Source: Cyanophora paradoxa CCMP329 (Eukaryota > Plantae > Glaucophyta). From it: a stretch of DNA of 64,000 nucleotides. The notes beneath the pieces were generated by a model. That model worked only from the letters and a program-made list of their open reading frames with translations. It ran no database searches and had not been told where the DNA came from. Shown here one piece after another: positions 11,985 through 23,530 of this stretch. The stretch is taken from NCBI GenBank assembly GCA_004431415.1, contig QPMI01000409.1, positions 248,001-312,000 of the forward strand. The letters run 5' to 3'. The translations under genes were made by a program, and so were the position numbers. Positions within the stretch are counted from its first letter, which is position 1. Every line of letters begins with the position of its first letter.

Positions 11985-14900
11985 ATGGACCTCGGTGGCG
12001 TGAAGCAGGAGCCACGGCCCGGCGCCGATGCATACGCATATGAAAATCATGCGACGGAGAACGGCGACGCTGCGCGCGCCCCAGCGGCAGCGTCGTCTTC
12101 TTCGGTCCATACTCGTACAGGCGCAATTTCCTTGGAGGCAGGGACCTCAAGGGCGAGCGACGGAGCCGCCGGGCCGCCCGGGTTCAACCCGCGGTTCGTC
12201 AAGCCGTACAGCAGGGACGCCATCGACCACGCGCCGGAGGAAAGGGCCCGAGCCGGCGAAGACGACGATCCGGAATCCTCGGACTCCGCCGCGGGCGATG
12301 TGAAGGCCGAGAGCGCGAGGGGCGGCAGCCTGGAGCTTGAGGAGGGCGAGGGCCCGGGGCGAGGGGAGTACAGCGAGGCGCAAGGGAGCCAGGAGCTCGC
12401 AGGGAGCCAGGAACTCGGAGCGGGCGGGAGCCAGGAGGTGTACTGGGACGCGGGATTAGAGACACAGGCCCTCGAGCCGGGTGTGCCCTTTTCTGCGGGT
12501 CGCCACGCCCCACCCCACCACCTCTGATCATGAACGCGCCTCGCAGCGCCCTCCCAGGAAGCGTTCTCCGCGGATGTACCTTCGATTGTGAATCTCCCGT
12601 TTTCTGGAGGGCCCGCTGACTCGGGCCGCGCGCAGGCGCCGGGGGTCGAGATGGCGAAGAGGTGCGCCCCAGCCCAGATTTATCATCGCGGAGAACAAGT
12701 TTGCGGGTTCCCGCCGTCGAGCCGTGCCGCCCCGCATGCGCAGGTTCCTCCCCGTGGAGGAGTTCTACGCGTTCGGGCCCCTCCAGGTGGTCGTCATGGT
12801 CGACCACGACAACGAGCAGAGCTTCGTCGTGCGCTGTAATATTGATTAATTTCGAATTCTTCGAGCCTAGCATTCTAATCTCGCCTGATATTCTCTTACA
12901 TTCGCGACCTTCGCCTCTTCCCCATATTGGCTGACGTTATGACGCCCACCTCAATGCTTGATTTTCACGCAACTGCGTCCTCGAAATCATGTCAGGGGAT
13001 GCTGCGGAAGTTCGCGGGGCAGAAGGAGCGCTTCTTCGCGGGGGTCTACGTGCTGGTGTTCCACGGGCAGGATGTGCCGACGAAGCGGGCGGTGAAGGGC
13101 GCCGAGGCCCACGAGCTCCGGCCCTTCCTCCGCTGCGTCGAGGCCCTCACCACCGCCAAGGCCCGCCCCCCTCCGCTCCCTTGACATCCAGCCAAGAGAG
13201 TGCACAGCGCGCACAGCGCGAGTGCACAGACGAGAGCATATCCACGCACAAACGAGCACATAGCATCCCAACGTTAACAGATCAAGAGTCTAAAGATGAA
13301 CGAACTTGCAATTGTAAAACTGCGCGCAGAACGCGGCCGACTCTGCGCTGGCGTTCATCTCGGGATTCCTCGCCGCCACGGGCCTTCTAGACGGCTCCGT
13401 GCGCCCTGCCCGCGCCCCTCTTTGTTTGCTCCGTTTATTCAACCTTTGAGTGGCCCCCAAAAAGAGCAAAAATACCGCCTTTCCCCGCGCCCAATCATGA
13501 CAAATCAAAACCCCCACCGTGCATTCGAGAACGTGCACCCACCAGCGCGCGCCCCCGCCGGGGCGAGTCAGGTGGAGTTCGTGATGGTCTCGGGCGACAA
13601 GTTCTACAAGGAGACCGCCCACTGGCTCCGCTGGCGGGGATACCCTGCTGCTCACCTCTCCGGTCCGGCCCGCGCGCGCGCCCAGCTTCGGGCTGCTGGC
13701 CGCACGGCTGACGCGAGCAGGCGTGGAGCTGCGGGTGGCGCTGCAGACGTTCCGGGCGGACCTGGAGGAGGAGCGGGCGCGGGTGTGGCGGGGGGAGCTG
13801 GGGGCGGGGGAGGCGCCGCTGGGGCGGAGGACGCTGCACCTGCTGCTGCGCGACGCCGTCCGCAACGCCGCCTCGGGCCACCGCGTCGACGAGCTCGAGA
13901 AGGTGCGCCGGCACGTACACGTCGCCCCCGCCCCCGGCCGGTCTCCGCCCTCGCCTCGTCGTCGTGCCCCGGCCCACCATAAGCTTCACATCGCTTGCAC
14001 AAAGAAACTCTAGATGGTAGAAAACCGCTCTTATTCTTAGCGGCCCTCTATTCTCGTGAGGGACGTAGGCGTACGGTCGCGATCGGGCGCGCGGTGGGCC
14101 CGGCCCGCTTGCCCGCACCTCGATGGAGCCGTCGCACGGCAATCACAAAGAGAGAAAGAGAGCCCCCTTTCTGACTGCCTTTAGCTGCTCCTTGAAGCGC
14201 GGGACCCCGAGCTGACTGCAGTGTCGCAAGAGAACGCGCTCCCTAGACTAGAGCGTTTGTTTTGGCTGGACGAGGAGAACTCGCGTCTTGACTGTTCCAG
14301 AGCCCTTTTCGCCTCCGATCTCGGGTTGCGCGGGCTCAAGGCGCCCGGCCCTCCGCCCCCCGCAGATCCTGGCCCGCGTCAAGGAGCGCCTGACGAGCGA
14401 GCGGGAGCCGCCCCCCGCCCGCAAGGCCTGCCCGCCCGCCCCCGGCCCTCCCCCGCCCCAGGCGGCCCTGACGCGCCGCGCGGCGGGGCTCGCAGGAGGG
14501 CCTGACGAACCTGATCCAGCACGTGATGACGAAGCGTGAGCGGGAGATCGTGAGCGCTGGGACCGTCATGGACTCCCTCATCAAGGCCCGCCCCCTCAAA
14601 TTAGAGCCGCTTTCGAGAAGCAAGCCTTTGGAATGCTTAAAGTTCTAATCCGAAATGCCCTCGAAACGAGAAACCCTTTCGGTAATTCGAATTTGAAGGC
14701 CTTCCCCTGAGGGCACGCCCGCAGACATGCTTCATCATGGTCCAGAACGGCGACGTCACGTACCGTTTCCAGTGCGGCCCCTCCTCCCGACTCCGATTTG
14801 CTTTTGAGGGCGCGGTGTCCGGCGGTCTCCGGCTCACCCCCGGCTCCCCGCAGGGACCAGAGCGCGCGGCGGCGGGGCAAGCGGGCGCGGCCCGACGGGA

Positions 14901-17900
14901 CCCTCGAGGCGCCCCTCCCCGCCTCGCCTCGCGCCCCCCCGCTCCCTTGCGCCCAGCCTCCCGCTCACAGGCCACTGCGTGCAGCCGGCACCGAAGCACC
15001 CGCGGGCCGCCCCCGGGTCACCCGGGCCCGCAGACCAGCCCCCGACTGCCGTGCCAGCCTCGGACCCAAGCAGAGGGGAGCCGGCGGCAGCACAGGCAGC
15101 GCTCGTCAAGGGGCCTCCCGAGGAAGATGCGCTTCCGGTCTGGCTCGAACTGTGCACTCATCGCCCCCCTCCTGGTCCCCCCGGGCCCCTCGTTTCGCCA
15201 ACCACTCCGCAGCAACCACGCACCTGCGCCCGACTCCCTCGACATCGCATTCTCTCAGGCACGCCGTCGCCCCCAGCAACGGCATATTCTGTTTCGGGGG
15301 GAAAAACCGAAACGAAATGCAAACTCGTCCGTTGTGCGCGGCAGGCGTCGGACGTGGAGATGCTGGAGGCGGCGCCGTCTGCGAGCCAAGAGTCGCTGCC
15401 GGCGGGGGGCGGCGAGGAGGGCGCCGCCGCCGGCCTCTCGCGCACGCAGCGCCGCAAGTGGAAGACCGTCCTCTGCCGCGAGTTCGCGGCCACCGGTGCG
15501 CCCTTTCCTGCCTCCTTTCTCTTTGTCTTGGTCCCCCTCGAGCGGGGCGGGGCGGGGCGCAGGGGAGTGCCCGAAGGGGGAGCGCTGCGGGTACGCCCAC
15601 GGGGAGCACGAGCTGCGGAAGAAGGGGCCCAAGGCCTCCTCGGCGCCCCCGCCCAAGGCCCGCCCTGCGCCCCTCCACCGCGGCCCCGGCCTGACGCCCT
15701 CGCGGCAGCAATCCGGGGGCGGCGTGGTGCCGGTGGCGGTCAGGCAGCCTCGCTACGTCCTGGCCGACGGCACTGCTGCCGCGCCGGCGCCGCCGGGCCC
15801 GGGGTCGCCTAAGACCTGCCCGCCCGCCGTGCCGCCCTCGGGCGCGCCGCCGCGAGGGGCGGCCGGGAAGGACCCCCGCGACGGCCCCGCGGAGGGGGCG
15901 GAGGCGGCGGGGCGGAGGGGCGGAGGGAGGGAGGGGCCGGCGCAGGCCCGCGCCACGCGCCGGCGGAGGGGCGGCGGCCCTCAACGACCTCCTCCTCGCC
16001 GTGCACGACGAGCTGCGCACCCGCCGGCCCGAGGTCCCCGTCGACGTGCCCCCCAAGGCGCCCCGCCCCTCCCTCCCCCGCCCTCGAGGCTGCGGCTTGA
16101 CCGGCGGCTTGTCCTTCCCTCCCCCCCCGCCGCGCAGCTGCTGGAGCCGTGGCTGACGCGGCTGGCCGGCTCCCTTGGGCTCAGCCTCGCGCTGCCGGCG
16201 GCCGGTGGCGCTGGCGGGGCGCTGGTGCCGGCGGGAGGGCCGGAGGCGGGGCGCGGGGCGGGCGGGGAAGCGGAGCAGGAGCGCGCGGCGGTGCTCCTGG
16301 ACGAGATCGTGCCCAAGCTGGGGTACCGGCTCGTGGGGCCGGGCCAGGCCGGCCCCGCCGTGCTCCCCGACCGCACCCTCCCGCCGCCCCCGCTCCCCTT
16401 CAGCCCCGAGGAGCCGACGAGGCACCAGCTCCGCCTCTTCCTCGACGCCTCCCGGGACCAGTGCGCCCCCGCGCCCCGCTCCTCCGCTGCGCTGCTCACC
16501 GCGCTCGGCCTGCAGGCGCTGGACGATAGCGCGGGAGGGCGGGGAGAAGGCGAAAGGGGGCGAGAGGCGGACGTACCTGGTGCACGGCGTGGGGCCGGCG
16601 GCGGGGCGCCTGGCGCTGGACGTGCGGGTCGTGAGGGCGGAGGGGGACGAGCTCTGGCACCCGGCGCTCGCCCTCGGCGGCCCCGCCTTCTTCTGCACCC
16701 TCCACCTCTGCCGCCAGCCCGACCTCGAGACCGAGGTCGAGGGGGCGTTGCTCCAGCAGGACGGCGCCCCCGAGGGCGACCGGGGCCCGCCGGCCGCCTG
16801 CTTCGCGCGGGGCTCCCACGTGCGCCTCCGCCCTGTCGGAGCTCAGCGCAGCTCAGCTCAGCTCAGCTCCGCCTCACGCGCGCCTCGCGCGGCAGGGGGA
16901 GGTGGTGGCGCGCTTCGAGGTGCGCGTGGCGGCGTGGCCGGAGCCGCGGGAGCCGCTCCACCTCCTCGCCCGCCTCCGCCTCCACGTCCGCCCCCCTCCG
17001 CCCCTCTCTTCAGCTCTCTCTCTCTCTGACGGGCGGGCGGCCTGCAGGGGGGCCGGGAGGTGGCGGGGGCGCTGGACGGCGCCCTGCTCCCCGTCGACTC
17101 GCTGGTGGAGATGGTGCGGCGGGGGCGCGGGGGCGCCTCGTGCAAGCCGGAGGCCCGCTCCTTCCTCCACGCCGGGCCCGCCCAGAAGTCCTTCCTCCGC
17201 CGCCTCTGGCAGCACCACCGCTGGCCCGCCGCCCCCCGCGCCCCCCATCGTCACCCCCTTCACGCCCCCCCAGGCGCTACGAGTGGGCGCGGTTCGCGGA
17301 CGACGTCAAGGAGCTCGTCCACGTTGCCAGGCGCGCCCGCCCGCTCTCGTGTTCGGCTCTAGCCGCAGCAGGCGGCCTCGCTCCTCTGTGATAGCGCCGT
17401 CCGTCGGCTAATGAAGTTCGGCGTCTACTTTAGCCCCGCTGTGTCTTGTGTGTTGCCTCGAACTGCCGCTGACCGGGGTGGCGGGGGCGCAGCCACGGGC
17501 AGCGGGGCTACCGGCGCCTCCTCGCCGCCACCCCGGAGGTGCGGGGCGCCGTGCCCCCCCGCCCTCCTCGGCCGCGCCGCCCCTGACGCCCCCGCAGATG
17601 TTCCAGTGGATCGAGGTGCGCTCGAGCTCCCGCGCGCCCCCTCTCCTCTCTCCTGTCTTGCCTTGAGGGGGCCCCCGCAGTCGGCCTTCGAGCTGCTGCG
17701 GCACGAGCCGATGCGGGAGGCCGCCGCCTCGGAGGCCGAGGGCCCCGCCCACCCGCCCCCCGCCGTGCGCCCCGCCCCGGCCCGCCGCGCCCCGCGGTGG
17801 CGCGGGCGCTGAGGGGGCGCCCCCCGCGCAGGCCGTCCCCTGGTCTGCAGTCGCGCGCCACATCGAGACCCTCTTCCCCGGTAGGCGCCGTGACCGGGGC

Positions 17901-20034
17901 GCGCCGCCGCCGCCTCCGCCAACGCGGCCGGGGCCCCGGGCAGGCTACTGCGGGATCTGGGCGGGCCCCGGGTGCCTGCCCCTGCGGGAGATCTACGCGG
18001 CGGGAGACGCCGAGGTGGAGGGCACCGACCCCGCCGCCGCCTGCCTCGGGGCGGAGGCCTGGAGCCGCCTCACCCCCAACGACGTACACTTCCTCCGCGA
18101 GCGCGGTGCGGGCACCTCCCCCCCCCCTCCCGCCAGCGGCGCCGCGTGACGCCCAGGGCGGGGCGGCAGCCTTCCGGCTGGACGCGGCGGGGGCGCCCCA
18201 GCCGCTGCCGGACCGGCCCTGCGGCGCGCCCTCGTGCGGGCACGAGGCGTGCCCCCGCCCGGGCTGGCCCGACCTCCTCGACGAGGGTGCGGGCCGCCCC
18301 GCCAGTCGCCCCCTCCCCCGCGCCCCTCACCTCACCTCCCCCGCAGAGCGCTTCCGCGAGCTCTACTCGTGGCTCTTCTTCGCGCGCCGCACCCTTGCGC
18401 TGGTCCGCCAACCCGCCCCCCTCCTCTCCTTTTTGCCGCCCGCCGAGGTGCTGGCAGGTCTCGCGGACGCTGGGGGCGCTGGCGCGGCCCGTGGCCCCTG
18501 TCCCCTTCCTCTCCCGCAACGCCGCCGAGGCCGTGCGCCGCCCACTCCTCCCCTCCACCCTCCAGGACCGCAAAGATGCTGGGGGCGGTATTAAGCAGAA
18601 TTCTCTGAGCGGCCGCGCCGCCGCCTTCGCCACGTTTCCCGCGTGCCGACTCGCCGGATGCCGCAGGCCCTCCTCGCGCGGGGCGAGCTCGGAGCCTTCT
18701 GCCTCCGCCTCTCCTCCCTCACGGTGTGCCCCGCCCCGCGCCGCGCCTCGCCTATCCAGTGACGCGCCTGCAGTGGCCGGACCCGCACACGGCGGAGCCC
18801 GTCGTCTCGGTCCTCACGGAGGAGGGCCCCGACGGCCCGGGGCCCCGCCACGTGCGCCCAAGACCGGGCCTCGCTCGGCTGCGATCTGCGCTAGACCTAG
18901 ATCGCCACGTGCGGCTGGGCCCGAGCTCGCTAGGGTCCGGCCCGCCCTCTGGTCTGGATCTAGGCTGTCACCCCGGGCCCTCTCCGCCGAGCACCGCTAG
19001 GACCTGCGCAGATCTAGATCTAGATCGAAGCACCGGGTCAAGCGAGCGGGGGCGGGCGCGCAGGTGCAGCACGTGCTGCTAGGCCCTGAGGACTACGAGA
19101 CGCCCGGGGCACTCCAGCGGGTCCTCGACCGCTGGAAGTGCCGCGCCCCGCTCGACCCCCGCGTCCGCTCTCCCCTCTCTCCCGCTCCGCTCTCTGCGTC
19201 CGTCCCTCACCGGCCGCCGGCGCCGCGCAGAGCGAGGCCCTCGGCACGCGCCTGGAGGGGCCCCACAGGCCGAGCGCCCCCGCGGACGGCCCCCGACCCG
19301 TCCCCCCTCCTCGGCCCCAGCCGCCCAGCGCGCCTCGCCCCGCCCGACCCGCCGCGGGCCGCGCCGGCCCGGCGGCTACGTCGCGCTACGTCAGCTCCAG
19401 CGGGTCGCTGCTCGCCGAGGGTCCCCGCGCCCCCGCCCCGCCGCCTCGCCGCCAGGGAAGAAGGAGGGCCCCGGGGGCCCGCCCGCCCCAGCCATCGCCC
19501 CGCAGGCAGCAGCCGCAGCTCACCTTTGCGCCGCCCTCTCGCAGGTGCGCCGCGGCCCCGCGCCCTCGCGCCGGCCGGCCGCTGACGGCCCTCGCAGGGC
19601 GCGCGGGGCGTGAAGCAGGAGCTCGCGATCGGGGCGGGGAGGCAGGTGGCGGCGCAGAAGGAGCGCCCCGGCCCGCCCAGAGCCCGCGACACGCCCCGCG
19701 GAGGGCGCGCCGGAAGCGCTGCTGCCCGCCCCCTCAAGCAGGAGCCTGGCGGCCGTCCGGGCCCCGAGGGCGGGCTCCTGGGCCCCGGCCCGCGCCCCCG
19801 CCCCCGCCCCCGCCCCCCGGCCCCTTCTCCAGGGGACAGGGGTACCACCCGTACATCGTCGCCGCCCCGCCGCCCCAGTACCACATCTCGCCTTCCCCGG
19901 CGTACGCGCCGCCCTCCGCCAACCCGTTCCTGGGCCCCCAGCAGCACCCCTTCGGGCCCCCGCCCCTGCAGTACCGCCACGCACCCCCGCCGCCCCCGCC
20001 GGGCCCTTTCTGGCCCTGGAATCCGCAGTATTAG
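11985..20034 (+). CDS. Large multi-exon protein: PIN/NYN-like nuclease + helical/wHTH-like domain + CCCH zinc finger + unknown C-terminal region (could be two genes 3' of about 16 kb)
   Basis: Exons give VVMVDHDNE (~12790), TAK|NAADSALAFISG (~13330) and FVMVSGDKFY..TAHWLRWRG (~13580), matching NYN/PIN acidic motifs. KWKTVLCREFAAT|GECPKGERCGYAHGEHELR (15455-15620) is a C-x8-C-x5-C-x3-H finger. The Pro-rich tail ends WPWNPQY*. Confidence 0.6.
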
Positions 20035-20474
20035 TCTAGGAACTCAAGGCAGTTGCGCCGCGCGTGTTTGCGCAGTTTCATCAGGACCCTGGCCTAGCCT
20101 AGTAGATGTGCACCCGGCCCTCATCATGGCATGGTCTCGATCGATACTTGACCATTAGCAATCGCATGCGCAAGCTGAAGTCTGCAAATGGATGCTCGGT
20201 ACCGGCGAAGACTGCGCCTCTAGATCTCTCGCGATCGGATCGCGCTCGCATGCATTCCGAAGTTCTGTGGTGACGCCCCTTGCCTCTGACCTGAAGCGAA
20301 CCCCCTCATCTCGCGGGCATCCGATCCAGACTAGACCCCGGGGCCGGGCCGCGCTGCCTCGCAAGAGTTACAGAGCGATTCCTATTCGGCGACACTGCGC
20401 CTGGCCGGCCCGGTTCATATGCTCCGGATGGCCGACGAGACTATCGAGGTCGCCGCGGATGCCGCGGAGGCCGC

Positions 20475-21170
20475 TTAGTCCTCGTACAGGCGGCACTCGT
20501 CGGTCTCGGGGTTCTCCTTGCAGAACTGCGGGCGGCGTCGGGGGCGCGCCCCGGGGCCGGCCGGCGGGGAGGCGGCCGCACCTCCTGCAGGGGGTCGGCC
20601 TTCGGTTGCGCCTTCTGGTGCGAGAGCTCCGCCTCGAGCTCCTGCCAGCCCCCGCATCTCAGCGGCGCCCGCCGGGGAACGGGCGGCGGCGGGCGGACCT
20701 CGACCTCGTCCCACGCGACGCGCGCCTCCTTCGACGTCGCGCCCTTCTCCTCAGCGACGGCGCGGGCTTGGCTGATCGCCTGCGACCGGTGAGAACAGGC
20801 CGGCCGCCCGCCCGGCAATCAGAGATTACCTTCTGGATGCGCTCCTGGATGCTCAGGTCGGCCGAAGCGAACACGCCGAACTGGATCTTGGGCGCGGCTG
20901 CCAGAGGGAGGTAAGATAAGACGGGCGGCCGCGAGTCAGCAACTGTCCCATGCCGTAGAAGGCGTCGACTCACCGGCAGCGAAGATGCGGGCACGGATCG
21001 GGTTCGAGGCAACGCGGGCCGAGGAGCCGAGCGACGCAGCCTGCGCGCAGATCAGCAGTATCCACGAGATATGGGGGGCCGATGAGGTGCACCGGGACGG
21101 CAACGCGCGAAGCGAACGACGGCACGGCGGCCGCGGCGAACACGGGGCAGGGAGCGACGAAGGCAGCCAT
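20475..21170 (-). CDS. CP12: CP12 Calvin-cycle regulator, copy A (6 exons, plastid transit peptide)
   Basis: MAAFVAPCPVFAAAAVPSFASRVAVP|AASLGSSARVASNPIRARIFAA|AAPKIQFGVFASADLSIQERIQK|AISQARAVAEEKGATSKEARVAWDEVE|ELEAELSHQKAQPKADPLQE|FCKENPETDECRLYED*. Contains the AWDxVEEL core and the C-terminal Cys pair. Confidence 0.95.
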
Positions 21171-21217
21171 CTTACGGGGTACAGGAGCTGAAAGGCTCCG
21201 CTGTACCCGGCAACAAT

Positions 21218-21934
21218 ATGGCCTTCGTCGCTCCTTGCCCCGTTTTTGCGGCCGCTGCGCCCTCCTTTGCGCCGGCGCGCGTCGCCGCCTCGGTATGTGT
21301 GATTTGAAGTCGCGGCGGTGGCTTCCAAAACCAAAATCTGTGCTCGCAGGCCGCCTCGCTTCGGTCGTCGGCCCGCGTGGCGTCTAACCCTATCCGTGCT
21401 CGTGTGTTCGTTGCCGGTGAGTGTGCCCCACGCCTAGCCGAAGACAGGTCGCGCTACCTGGAGTGAAAAGCCACGATGGCTTTCTGTGGAGTGACCTGTG
21501 TATCCGCGCAGCCGCCCCCAAGATCCAGTTCGGCGTGTTCGCTTCGGCCGACCTGAGCATCCAGGAGCGCATCCAGAAGGTAATCTCTGATTGCCGGGCG
21601 GGCGGCCGGCCTGTTCTCACCGGTCGCAGGCGATCAGCCAAGCCCGCGCCGTCGCTGAGGAGAAGGGCGCGACGTCGAAGGAGGCGCGCGTCGCGTGGGA
21701 CGAGGTCGAGGTCCGCCCGCCGCCGCCCGTTCCCCGGCGGGCGCCGCTGAGATGCGGGGGCTGGCAGGAGCTCGAGGCGGAGCTCTCGCACCAGAAGGCG
21801 CAACCGAAGGCCGACCCCCTGCAGGAGGTGCGGCCGCCTCCCCGCCGGCCGGCCCCGGGGCGCGCCCCCGACGCCGCCCGCAGTTCTGCAAGGAGAACCC
21901 CGAGACCGACGAGTGCCGCCTGTACGAGGACTAA
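21218..21934 (+). CDS. CP12: CP12 Calvin-cycle regulator, copy B (6 exons, plastid transit peptide)
   Basis: MAFVAPCPVFAAAAPSFAPARVAAS|AASLRSSARVASNPIRARVFVA|AAPKIQFG... with an identical mature protein. GT-AG introns are intact at homologous positions. Confidence 0.93.
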
Positions 21935-22369
21935 GCGGCCTCCGCGGCATCCGCGGCGACCTCGATAGTCTCGTCGGCCATCCGGAGCATATGAACCGGG
22001 CCGGCCAGGCGCAGTGTCGCCGAATAGGAATCGCTCTGTAACTCTTGCGAGGCAGCGCGGCCCGGCCCCGGGGTCTAGTCTGGATCGGATGCCCGCGAGA
22101 TGAGGGGGTTCGCTTCAGGTCAGAGGCAAGGGGCGTCACCACAGAACTTCGGAATGCATGCGAGCGCGATCCGATCGCGAGAGATCTAGAGGCGCAGTCT
22201 TCGCCGGTACCGAGCATCCATTTGCAGACTTCAGCTTGCGCATGCGATTGCTAATGGTCAAGTATCGATCGAGACCATGCCATGATGAGGGCCGGGTGCA
22301 CATCTACTAGGCTAGGCCAGGGTCCTGATGAAACTGCGCAAACACGCGCGGCGCAACTGCCTTGAGTTC

Positions 22370-23530
22370 CTAGACTAAGACTGCGGATTCCAGGGCCAGA
22401 AAGGGCCCGGCGGGGCGCGGGGGTGCGTGGCGGTACTGCAGGGGCGGGGGCCGAAGGGTGCTGCTGGGGCCCAGGAACGGGTTGGCGGAGGGCGGCGCGT
22501 ACGCCGGGGAAGGCGAGATGTGGTACTGGGCGGCGGGGCGGCGACGATGTACGGGTGGTACCCCTGTCCCCTGGAGAAGGGGCCGGGGGCGGGGCGGGGC
22601 GGGGGCGCGGGGCCGGGGCCCAGGAGCCCGCCCTCGGGGGGCCCGGGACGGCCGCCAGGCTCCTGCTTGAGGGGGGCGGGCAGCAGCGCTTCCGGCGCGC
22701 CCTCCGCGGGGGCGTGTCGCGGGCTCTGGGCGGGGCCGGGGCGCTCCTTCTGCGCCGCCACCTGCCTCCCCGCCCCGATCGCGAGCTCCTGCTTCACGCC
22801 CCGCGCGCCCTGCGAGGGCCGTCAGCGGCCGGCCGGCGCGAGGGCGCGGGGCCGCGGCGCACCTGCGAGAGGGCGGCGCAAAGGTGAGCTGCGGCTGCTG
22901 CCTGCGGGGCGATGGCTGGGGCGGGGCGGGCCCCCGGGGGCCCTCCTTCTTCCCTGGCGGCGAGGCGGCGGGGCGGGGCGCGGGGGACCCTCGGCGAGCA
23001 GCGACCCGCTGGAGCTGACGTAGCGCGACGTAGCCGCCGGGGCCGGCGCGGCCCGCGGCGGGTCGGGCGGGGGCGAGGCGCGCTGGGGCGGCTGGGGCCG
23101 AGGAGGGGGGACGGGTCGGGGGCCGTCCGCGGGGGCGCTCGGCCTGTGGGGCCCCTCCAGGCGCGTGCCGAGGGCCTCGCTCTGCGCGGCGCCGGCGGCC
23201 GGTGAGGGACGGACGCAGAGAGCGGAGCGGGAGAGAGGGGAGAGCGGACGCGGGGGTCGAGCGGGGCGCGGCACTTCCAGCGGTCGAGGACCCGCTGGAG
23301 CGCCCCGGGCGTCTCGTAGCTATAGTCCGTAAGCGCACGCGGGGTCCGGATCGAGGGCGACAGTCCAGATGCGCATGCAGACCGGATCCCAGCTCGAGCT
23401 CGAGCAGGGGACTTGAGCTCAGAGCTCAGGCCTGGGTGCACGTGGCGGGCCCATGGGCCGTCTGATCATGAGATCTAGAGGATCCCAAATCTAGACGACG
23501 GGCTCCGCCGTGTGCGGGTCCGGCCACTGC
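22370..23530 (-). pseudogene. Decayed duplicate of the 3' exons of the 11985-20034 gene (distal right palindrome arm)
   Basis: Reverse complement of about 18770-20040 with frameshifting indels, for example ...SANPFLGPSSTLR versus ...SANPFLGPQQHPF. Confidence 0.7.

Larger units (their letters stand above)
19089..23328. repeat. Large inverted repeat / palindrome with ~2.1-kb arms centred near 21192
   Basis: The ORF track has identical proteins on opposite strands (20155-20364 vs 22045-22254; 20441-20818 vs 21591-21968; coordinate sum 42409). Homology continues with indels out to 19089/23328 and patchily to 18770/23530. Confidence 0.95.

Noticed and set aside
19089-23328. Palindrome as a pure fold-back sequencing chimera
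   Set aside because: The central region encodes two differently coded, intact transit peptides with dissimilar introns. Homopolymer indels in the distal arm may still be partly consensus error.
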